From the IMG/VR virus record IMGVR_UViG_3300025771_000033, positions 1 through 56,111 of that record: a stretch of DNA of 56,111 nt; one strand, 5' to 3'. The stretch comes from a virus. Taxonomy: Duplodnaviria > Caudoviricetes. This document shows positions 8,896 through 16,120 of this stretch, in pieces. A model generated the notes under the pieces. It did not search any database. It saw only the letters and a program-made list of their open reading frames with translations, and had not been told where the DNA came from. Both the position numbers and the translations under genes were made by a program. Positions within the stretch are counted from its first letter, which is position 1; every line of letters starts with the position of its first letter.

Positions 8896-10498
8896 TGCTA
8901 TCAATGCAAAGAAAATACATTGCATAGTCGCACAGCATTATGAGACGGGCGAGATACGTAAGTGGGTAGGTGACGAGTGTAAAGAGTTTGGTGACTGGTC
9001 CAAGAAGATTGACCAGTTCATTATGCACAATGGCATTAGCTTTGACGCACCATTGCTAAACAAATTCACCGGCTCATCTATCACACCGCTACAGGTTCGA
9101 GACACGCTGCTTGAGTCGCAGTTATTTAATCCGGTGCGAGAGGGTGGTCACTCACTGGAGTCGTGGGGAGAAAGACTTGGTTTTGCAAAGCTTGACTTCC
9201 ATGACTTCAGTGAGTTCTCTCCTCTCATGTTGGAGTACTGTCAGCGTGATGTCGAACTGACACGCAAGCTTGCACAAACTTTAGAAAAGGAAAAGAAAAG
9301 GTTTTCTAATCAGTGCTATGATCTTGAACGAAACATCCGTATTATAATCGACAGACAGCAGGACAATGGCTTTGCTTTTGATCTTATGAAAGCACAGCTA
9401 CTGCTTGCTAAACTTGAGGACGAGCAACACGAACTCGAACGAAATGCACAGGAAGAGTTTGAGCCTACGATTGTAGAGTTAAAGACAAAGACTAAAGAGA
9501 TACCATTTAATATTGCTAGTCGTAAGCAGATAGCTGACCGACTGATGCAGCGTGGATGGGAGCCGGATAAACTCACGGACAAAGGCAATGTGATTGTCAA
9601 TGAGGATGTTCTCTCCAAGATTGATATGCCAGAAGCACAGATGTTTAGTAGATACTTTCTGCTACAGAAAAGAACAGGACTGCTCAAGGCATGGATCAAA
9701 GAGTGTGGAGAGGACATGCGTGTTCGTGGTAGAGTGTTAACGCTCAAGACTATTACAGGACGCATGGCACATCATAGCCCCAACATGGCACAGGTTCCCG
9801 CTGTGTACAGCCCCTATGGAAAAGAGTGTCGTGAGCTATGGACTATCTCTAACCCTGACACCCATCAGCTTGTAGGTACGGATGCCAGTGGTCTTGAACT
9901 TAGATGCCTCGCTCACTACATGAACAACGCTGACTTCACTAACGAAGTTCTTACAGGCGATGTTCATACCGCCAATCAACGTGCAGCAGGACTGTCCAAC
10001 AGAGATCAGGCAAAGACTTTTATCTATGCTTTTCTTTATGGTGCAGGTCCAGCAAAGATTGGTAAGATAGTTGGAGGCGGTACTGGCAAGGGGCAGAAGT
10101 TAATATCTAAGTTCCTTGCTAACATGCCAGCACTGCGTACACTGCGATCTAATATACAAGAAGCTGCACAGCAAGGCAGTATTCCCGGCCTTGATGGTAG
10201 GCGTCTTATGATTAGGTCAGAACATGCAGCACTTAATACTTTGCTTCAAGGTGCTGGCGCTATTGTCTGTAAGCAGTGGCTTGTAGAGATAGACAAACGG
10301 GTAAGGAAGTCTGGCCTAGATGCCAAGCTGGTAGCGTCTGTACATGACGAATACCAGTTCGAGGTAGCGAAGCCAGACATAAATAGGTTCACTAAGATAA
10401 CTAAGGAGGCTATGTATCAAACACAGAAAGTATTTAACTTCAAGTGTGATTTAGATTCTGATTATAAAGTTGGAAATAATTGGGCAGAAACACACTAA
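8867..10498 (+). CDS. family A DNA polymerase with 3'-5' exonuclease
   Basis: DIETD, HNGISFD, YCQRDV, TITGR, DASGLELR, KTFIYAFLYG, VHDEYQ. Confidence 0.97.
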   Translation: MKAVVDIETDAINAKKIHCIVAQHYETGEIRKWVGDECKEFGDWSKKIDQFIMHNGISFDAPLLNKFTGSSITPLQVRDTLLESQLFNPVREGGHSLESWGERLGFAKLDFHDFSEFSPLMLEYCQRDVELTRKLAQTLEKEKKRFSNQCYDLERNIRIIIDRQQDNGFAFDLMKAQLLLAKLEDEQHELERNAQEEFEPTIVELKTKTKEIPFNIASRKQIADRLMQRGWEPDKLTDKGNVIVNEDVLSKIDMPEAQMFSRYFLLQKRTGLLKAWIKECGEDMRVRGRVLTLKTITGRMAHHSPNMAQVPAVYSPYGKECRELWTISNPDTHQLVGTDASGLELRCLAHYMNNADFTNEVLTGDVHTANQRAAGLSNRDQAKTFIYAFLYGAGPAKIGKIVGGGTGKGQKLISKFLANMPALRTLRSNIQEAAQQGSIPGLDGRRLMIRSEHAALNTLLQGAGAIVCKQWLVEIDKRVRKSGLDAKLVASVHDEYQFEVAKPDINRFTKITKEAMYQTQKVFNFKCDLDSDYKVGNNWAETH

Positions 10499-10503
10499 AG
10501 CTA

Positions 10504-10532
10504 TTGACTACCACAAACTCATGTGGTATAAT
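10504..10532 (+). promoter_or_regulatory. sigma70-type promoter with overlapping inverted repeat
   Basis: TTGACT-N17-TATAAT with extended TG; TACCACA-N6-TGTGGTA. Confidence 0.8.
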
Positions 10533-10617
10533 ATATGCTGTTGTTTTGTAGTAGACAGCACCGGGGAATGATCCCCATTCATGGCCGCAATGGTGCGGTA
10601 TTTAAAAGGAGAAAGAA

Positions 10618-11076
10618 ATGAACGATCCTATTTACATTACTGGTAAGTGCCACTATGCTTCTATCACTGAGCCGAACACCAAGTTTGACCCGGTATGGAG
10701 CATTCAGGTAGAGGTGGACGATGACAATCGCTCTGTCATTGAAAGCGCAGGACTGCCCATCGCCAACAAGGGTGATGATCGTGGCGACTTTGTAACCATC
10801 AAGCGCAAGGTACTGCGTAAGGATGGTACGCAACGTGCAGCGCCTATTGTAAAAGACTCACAGAATAATCTGTGGAATGGTAAGCTGGTAGCCAACGGTA
10901 GTAAAGTAAATGTTAAGGCTATTCCTTACGAATGGAATTATGCTGGTAAATCTGGTATCTCTGCTGACCTTGCAGCAGTTCAGATTGTTGACTTCATTGA
11001 GTATAGTGACAGCCGAGAAGACTTTGCTCCGGTCGATGGTGGTTACGTTCAGAACTCTGAAGCCGTTCCCTTTTAA
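10618..11076 (+). CDS. single-stranded DNA-binding protein (T7 gp2.5-like)
   Basis: Position after polymerase; ANGSKVNV..L.AVQIVDFIEY; acidic tail ending PF. Confidence 0.75.
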   Translation: MNDPIYITGKCHYASITEPNTKFDPVWSIQVEVDDDNRSVIESAGLPIANKGDDRGDFVTIKRKVLRKDGTQRAAPIVKDSQNNLWNGKLVANGSKVNVKAIPYEWNYAGKSGISADLAAVQIVDFIEYSDSREDFAPVDGGYVQNSEAVPF

Positions 11077-11090
11077 CTAGCATAGAAAGG

Positions 11091-11131
11091 AAGAGGGAGG
11101 GAGTTTCTGAGTCAGCTTCCTCCCTCTTTTT
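11091..11131 (+). terminator. intrinsic terminator
   Basis: AGAGGGAGG...CCTCCCTCT stem followed by T run. Confidence 0.75.
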
Positions 11132-11134
11132 ATT

Positions 11135-11995
11135 ATGAAAACAATAGACACTCTCGTTGAAGATATATATAGTCTGTTCTCACTTGATCCTATAGATATG
11201 GACGAGAGTGAAGTAGACAAACACATCGACACCTTTGGTGAAATGCTGAAGGTTCACATTAAAGACTTTATGTATGACACGCCCAAAGATCGTGGTAATC
11301 TAAGGCTCTCTGCTATTGGAAAGCCAGACCGCCGCATCTGGTACGATGTCAATCAGCCGCTTGATCAGGCCGACCTAACTCCAGCCACACGTATCAAGTT
11401 TCTATATGGTTATATTCTTGAAGAGCTTTTGCTTCTATGTTCTACCATATCAGGACACGAGGTGAAAGATCAGCAGAAAGAAGTGGAGGTAGAAGGTGTT
11501 ACCGGACATCAAGATTGTATTATTGATGGCGTCGTTGTGGATTGTAAGTCTGCTAGTGGTATTGGCTTCGACAAGTTTAAGCACAACAAGTTAGCAGAGG
11601 ACGATCCCTTTGGTTATATCGCACAGATATCTGCTTACGCAGAAGCTAATGGTATTAATGAGGCGGCGTTTCTTGCGATCAACAAATCAACAGGAGAGAT
11701 ATGTCTTACCAAACTACATCATATGGATATGATCAATGCCAAGCAGCGAATCTCTCACCTTAAAGGATTGGTTTCACAGGATTCTCTACCTGATAGGTGC
11801 TACTCCGATCTACCTGATGGTAAGTCTGGCAACCGTAAGCTTCCTGTTAGTTGTGTTTATTGTGGCTATAAGCGAGACTGTTGGGCTGATGCTAATCAAG
11901 GTAAAGGTATTCGTGTCTTCAAGTATGCACATGGTCGCAGGTATCTTACCAACGTGGCTAAAGAACCTGATGTGGAGGAAGTGACTGACTGGTGA
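11135..11995 (+). CDS. PD-(D/E)XK (Cas4/RecB-like) exonuclease
   Basis: LRLSAIGKP, GHQD, VVDCKS, YIAQISAY, CVYCGYKRDC. Confidence 0.75.
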   Translation: MKTIDTLVEDIYSLFSLDPIDMDESEVDKHIDTFGEMLKVHIKDFMYDTPKDRGNLRLSAIGKPDRRIWYDVNQPLDQADLTPATRIKFLYGYILEELLLLCSTISGHEVKDQQKEVEVEGVTGHQDCIIDGVVVDCKSASGIGFDKFKHNKLAEDDPFGYIAQISAYAEANGINEAAFLAINKSTGEICLTKLHHMDMINAKQRISHLKGLVSQDSLPDRCYSDLPDGKSGNRKLPVSCVYCGYKRDCWADANQGKGIRVFKYAHGRRYLTNVAKEPDVEEVTDW

Positions 11996-12387
11996 CACAT
12001 TGGGAGTATCATAAAGAGTTTGACACAAAGAATAACTTTGGCTTTGTTTATCGAATAACCAATAAGAAAACTAAGAAAGCTTACATTGGTTGTAAACAAT
12101 ATTATGTAACACGTAAAGGTAAGAAAGTAGAATCTAATTGGAGAATATATACAGGCTCTAGTAAATACCTTAACGAAGACATCAAGAAGATTGGCAAGAA
12201 ACATTTCCGGTTTCAAGTTGTCGGTGAGTATAAAAACAAAAGAAGTCTTCGGTACTATGAGTGTTATTTTCAAATGATCTACAAAGTTCTTACAGCAAAG
12301 TTAGAAGGTACGGATGAACCCGCCTACTACAATAACTATGTGGGCGGGAAATTTTATCGCCCCGTTCAGGAGGCTGAAGATGAGTGA
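11992..12387 (+). CDS. GIY-YIG endonuclease
   Basis: GFVYRITN...YIGCKQ, YTGSS, YYNNYVGG. Confidence 0.8.
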   Translation: MTHWEYHKEFDTKNNFGFVYRITNKKTKKAYIGCKQYYVTRKGKKVESNWRIYTGSSKYLNEDIKKIGKKHFRFQVVGEYKNKRSLRYYECYFQMIYKVLTAKLEGTDEPAYYNNYVGGKFYRPVQEAEDE

Positions 12388-12700
12388 CATCCTTGACTTC
12401 GATAGTCTTTATGACCTAACTCAAAAAGACCCAGACAGAACTCTTAATCTAGCTATTATACTTCAGGCGTTGCTAGATATGAGTAAGCCAAAAGAACCTA
12501 ATGAAACTAATGAGACTGCTCTTCAGAGAGATCAGGCATCAGCATGGGTGTTTGCTTCAGTTGGTGTTACCTGTGAGAACTTCGAAAGCACATGTCATAT
12601 GGCCGGACTAGAGCCAGACACTGTTAGAAACTTTGCAATTAAAGCTGTAACCTCGGAGAATGTAAATGAAATCAGACGAAAGCTTAACTCGTTCCTATGA
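12380..12700 (+). CDS. hypothetical protein
   Basis: AGGAGG RBS; LAIILQALLD..A..W pattern. Confidence 0.65.
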   Translation: MSDILDFDSLYDLTQKDPDRTLNLAIILQALLDMSKPKEPNETNETALQRDQASAWVFASVGVTCENFESTCHMAGLEPDTVRNFAIKAVTSENVNEIRRKLNSFL

Positions 12701-12974
12701 CGAAGCAAACTACCCAAAAGAGGAACGCAACTATGATTATTATCTTAGACGCATGAAAGAAGAAAGAGCATTAGAACAACAGGTGGGAGGACAACACTAC
12801 AAGGGATGCAAGATACAACCAGTTGAATATATTCACGCCAATGGGCTTGACTATCTGGAGGGCAATGTGATAAAATACATTACTCGACATCGCACTAAGG
12901 GGGAGGGAAGAAAGGATATTGAGAAAGCAATCCACTATGCCCAACTCATATTGGAAATGGAATACGATAAGTAG
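12666..12974 (+). CDS. DUF3310 / T7 gp1.7-like nucleotide kinase
   Basis: QVGGQHY, IQPVEYI, GNVIKYITR, DIEKAIHY. Confidence 0.85.
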   Translation: MKSDESLTRSYDEANYPKEERNYDYYLRRMKEERALEQQVGGQHYKGCKIQPVEYIHANGLDYLEGNVIKYITRHRTKGEGRKDIEKAIHYAQLILEMEYDK

Positions 12975-12989
12975 AAAGGGAACAAAGCT

Positions 12990-14675
12990 ATGCCACAATT
13001 TCGATCTAATGAAAATCCTATGTTTCGCTCCAAGTTTAGCGAAGACATATTCAAACATAAGTATGCCCACCATGGGTGTGAGACATGGGATGCACTAGCG
13101 GCCACACTGGTAGATGATGTGTGTCAGGACTACCTACCGAAGGAAGACAAGGACGAACTGAAGCGTATGATCACCGACCTGAAGTTTATTCCCGGTGGTC
13201 GTTATCTTTATTATGCTGGACGTGATAACAAGTTCTTTAATAACTGTTATCTGCTACGTGCAGAGGAAGATACTAGAGAAGATTGGGCTGACATCTCTTG
13301 GAAGTCTGAGTCCTGCCTGATGACAGGCGGTGGTATTGGTATCGACTACTCCGTGTATCGTGAAGAGGGACGTATACTTAACGGCACTGGTGGTCTTGCC
13401 TCCGGCCCTATTCCAAAGATGCAGATGATCAATGAGATTGGTCGTCGTGTTATGCAGGGTGGTAGTCGTAGGTCTGCTATCTATGCCAGCCTTAACTGGA
13501 AACATCCCGACGTTGATAAGTTTCTTGCCAGTAAGAACTGGTATGATATGCCCGTAGGAGAGACAGGTTTCTCTGTTGGTCAGATCAAAGAGCAGGACTT
13601 TAACTTCAATGCTCCACTGGATATGACAAACATCAGCGTTAACTACGATACTGAATGGTTACTTAACTACTGGAAGACAGGAGATGTTGGGGATACTTTT
13701 AAGCAGAATGTTAGACAAGCCCTATCTACCGCCGAGCCGGGGTTCTCTTTCAATTTCTTTGAGAAGGAAAATGAGACACTACGTAACGCTTGTACGGAGG
13801 TTACATCCGAAGATGATTCTGATGTTTGTAATCTTGGCTCTATTAATATGGGGCGCATTGACGATCTAAAAGAGTTTGCAGATGTAGTCGAGCTTGGCAC
13901 TAAGTTTCTTCTGTGCGGCACACTCAGAGCCAAGCTACCCTATGACAAAGTTTACAAGACAAGAGAAAAGAATCGTAGGCTTGGTCTTGGTCTTATGGGT
14001 ATGCACGAATGGTTGATTAAAGGAGGACAGAAGTATGAAGTTACCGAAGGACTTCACAAGTGGTTGGCAGTCTATAAAGGAGTTAGTGACCACGTTAGCG
14101 CCGACTTTAGTAGTACTCTTGGGTGTAGTCGCCCTGTCGCAAATCGTGCCATTGCTCCTACCGGCTCAATAGGTATTCTAGCTGGAACCTCTACGGGTGT
14201 TGAACCTATCTTTGCAGTTGCCTATAAGCGTAGGTATCTAAAAGGTGGCAACCGTTGGCACTATCAGTATGTGGTGGACAGCGCAGCACAGGAGATCATT
14301 GATCTGTACGGCGTAGACCCAGCAAACATTGAGTCTGCTCTTGATCTTGCAGAAGACTACAAAAGGCGTATGAAGTTTCAGGCAGATGTACAAGACTACG
14401 TTGATATGTCCATTAGTAGTACTATCAATCTGCCCAAGTGGGGGAGTAAACTTAACAATGAAGATACAGTTGATGAGTTTACCAATACTCTTGCTTCTTA
14501 TGCTCACAGGCTGCGAGGTTTCACGGTGTACCCTGACGGGTGTAGGGGAGGACAGCCTCTTTCTTCGGTGCCGTATTCTGAAGCTGTAGAAAAGCTTGGT
14601 GAAGAGTTTGAAGAAGGACTAGAGACACACGACATCTGCGATATTACTGGACATGGTGGTAGCTGTGGCGTGTAA
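12990..14675 (+). CDS. nrdJ: ribonucleotide reductase, probably class II (B12-dependent)
   Basis: FIPGGR, NCYLL, RRSA, NACTE, CNLGSIN, APTGSI, C-terminal Cys pair; no beta-subunit gene recognised. Confidence 0.85.
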   Translation: MPQFRSNENPMFRSKFSEDIFKHKYAHHGCETWDALAATLVDDVCQDYLPKEDKDELKRMITDLKFIPGGRYLYYAGRDNKFFNNCYLLRAEEDTREDWADISWKSESCLMTGGGIGIDYSVYREEGRILNGTGGLASGPIPKMQMINEIGRRVMQGGSRRSAIYASLNWKHPDVDKFLASKNWYDMPVGETGFSVGQIKEQDFNFNAPLDMTNISVNYDTEWLLNYWKTGDVGDTFKQNVRQALSTAEPGFSFNFFEKENETLRNACTEVTSEDDSDVCNLGSINMGRIDDLKEFADVVELGTKFLLCGTLRAKLPYDKVYKTREKNRRLGLGLMGMHEWLIKGGQKYEVTEGLHKWLAVYKGVSDHVSADFSSTLGCSRPVANRAIAPTGSIGILAGTSTGVEPIFAVAYKRRYLKGGNRWHYQYVVDSAAQEIIDLYGVDPANIESALDLAEDYKRRMKFQADVQDYVDMSISSTINLPKWGSKLNNEDTVDEFTNTLASYAHRLRGFTVYPDGCRGGQPLSSVPYSEAVEKLGEEFEEGLETHDICDITGHGGSCGV

Positions 14676-14787
14676 AAAGATGTGTAAACTAGATGAAGAT
14701 AACCGTTACTGCATTGGTTGCGGTAGAACTATAGAAGAAATAATACAGAAAGGTAAAAAAGTCCTTGACAAAATACCTAACAGGTAG
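14665..14787 (+). CDS. DUF1289-like 4-Cys miniprotein (not in ORF track; start uncertain)
   Basis: CKKMCKLDEDNRYCIGCGRTIEEI. Confidence 0.55.
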   Translation: MACKKMCKLDEDNRYCIGCGRTIEEIIQKGKKVLDKIPNR

Positions 14788-14793
14788 TATAAT
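14765..14793 (+). promoter_or_regulatory. sigma70-type promoter for hsp20
   Basis: TTGACA-N17-TATAAT exact consensus. Confidence 0.85.
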
Positions 14794-14798
14794 ATATG

Positions 14799-14854
14799 TG
14801 TGATGCCAATAATGGGTCACGTTATATCAACTTGCTATAAGGAGAAATGATATG
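14799..14854 (+). promoter_or_regulatory. ROSE-like RNA thermometer in hsp20 5' UTR
   Basis: CUUGCU pairs with the AGGAG SD with a bulged G; UAUAUCA pairs with UGAUAUG, covering the start codon; upstream GUGA..UCAC hairpin. Confidence 0.7.
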
Positions 14855-15295
14855 AACGCATATAGGACGGCGAGCGATGATCCCTTCTTTTCCAAGTTCT
14901 GTTCTTGGACTGTGGGGCATGAGCAACTCTTTAGAGATATGCTAAAGATGAAGAATGAAGTAGGTGGTTATGTTTATAATGCCTACCCACCGCATAATCT
15001 AGTAGAAGAAGGTGATGGGAAATATACGATTGAGTTAGCCACTGCTGGTTTCACCAAAGAGGAGTTGGAAGTAAAAACAGAACACAGCAAGCTAACTATC
15101 AGCGGCAAGAAAGTCGAAGAAGAAGACGATGAAAAGATCGTACATAAAGGCATAGCGAAGCGACCCTTCTCAAAGTCTTTTACTCTTGCCGAAGACGTGG
15201 TTGTAGATGATGTTTCTTTTAAAGATGGTTTGCTTACCATCAAGCTTCAAAAGGTAGTACCTGAAGACAAGAAAGAAAAGATTTACAGCCTGTAA
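14852..15295 (+). CDS. small heat shock protein Hsp20 (IbpA-like)
   Basis: YPPHNL, IELATAGF, HKGIAKRPF, FKDGLLTI. Confidence 0.95.
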   Translation: MNAYRTASDDPFFSKFCSWTVGHEQLFRDMLKMKNEVGGYVYNAYPPHNLVEEGDGKYTIELATAGFTKEELEVKTEHSKLTISGKKVEEEDDEKIVHKGIAKRPFSKSFTLAEDVVVDDVSFKDGLLTIKLQKVVPEDKKEKIYSL

Positions 15296-15302
15296 CTAAA
15301 CT

Positions 15303-15335
15303 TGGGGGAGTGCGTAGCGTTTGCTCCCCCATTTT
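15303..15335 (+). terminator. probable intrinsic terminator after hsp20
   Basis: GGGGGAG...CTCCCCC followed by ATTTT. Confidence 0.6.
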
Positions 15336-15349
15336 ACATAGGAGATATC

Positions 15350-16120
15350 ATGAGAAAGTCACCCAACACAGTTTATATTGGCTACGATCCCAGAGAAGAA
15401 GTAGCTTATGAAGTATTGAAGTTTACTATTGAACGTATTGCAGTTGACAACGTAACTATTAAACCAATTCGTAAAGATGTTGTAGAACGTATGGGTCTGT
15501 ATAATCGTAAGCACACCGTTAAAGATGGGCAGATGATTGATGACATAGATGGCAAACCGTTCTCTACAGACTTTAGCTTCACACGTTTTCTTGTCCCTGC
15601 CTTGAACATGTATCAGGGATGGGCTTTGTATATGGATTGCGACATGTATCTTCGCACAGACATCAATGAATTGTTTGAAGAATACAACATGGATTACTAT
15701 CCATTATACTGCGTTAAGCATCAATATGAACCTACCGAAGAATATAAGATGGATGGACGAAAGCAGGAAACTTATCGGCGCAAGAACTGGTCAAGCCTTA
15801 TTCTTTGGAACTGCGGTCACGAGCTTAACAAACGACTAACGCCTCTGGAGGTAAACACCCAGACAGGTTCTTGGCTTCATGGTTTTCAGTGGCTTCCAGA
15901 TAAAGAGGGCGACATTGGCAGTATGCATCAGGAGTGGAACTGGCTTGATGGTCATTCTCCAGCGGAAGTAGAAGCAAAGAATGTTCACTTCACTACAGGA
16001 GGGCCGTGGTTTAGACAGTGGAAATGTGCAAGAGACATTGACGGAAGATACGCTTCCGAGTGGAATGGAGACTACACCTACCTTGCCGGAAAAGGAATTA
16101 TCAAACCCTATGACATATAA
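15350..16120 (+). CDS. glycosyltransferase, GT-A fold (GT8-like)
   Basis: YIGYDPRE, STDFSFTRFLVP, DCD (DxD), RKNWSS, HFTTGGPW; AGGAG RBS before ATG 15350. Confidence 0.85.
   Translation: MRKSPNTVYIGYDPREEVAYEVLKFTIERIAVDNVTIKPIRKDVVERMGLYNRKHTVKDGQMIDDIDGKPFSTDFSFTRFLVPALNMYQGWALYMDCDMYLRTDINELFEEYNMDYYPLYCVKHQYEPTEEYKMDGRKQETYRRKNWSSLILWNCGHELNKRLTPLEVNTQTGSWLHGFQWLPDKEGDIGSMHQEWNWLDGHSPAEVEAKNVHFTTGGPWFRQWKCARDIDGRYASEWNGDYTYLAGKGIIKPYDI

Noticed and set aside
11135-11995. Cas4-like nuclease as evidence of a CRISPR-Cas system
   Set aside because: No other cas genes or array; such nucleases are common in phage replication modules.
11992-12387. GIY-YIG gene as part of an intron or intein
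   Set aside because: Flanking genes are intact and translationally coupled, with no room for intron structure.
15981-16109. N-terminal extension of the 827-aa ORF
   Set aside because: Overlaps the glycosyltransferase; ATG 16110 has an AAGGA RBS and a normal short overlap.
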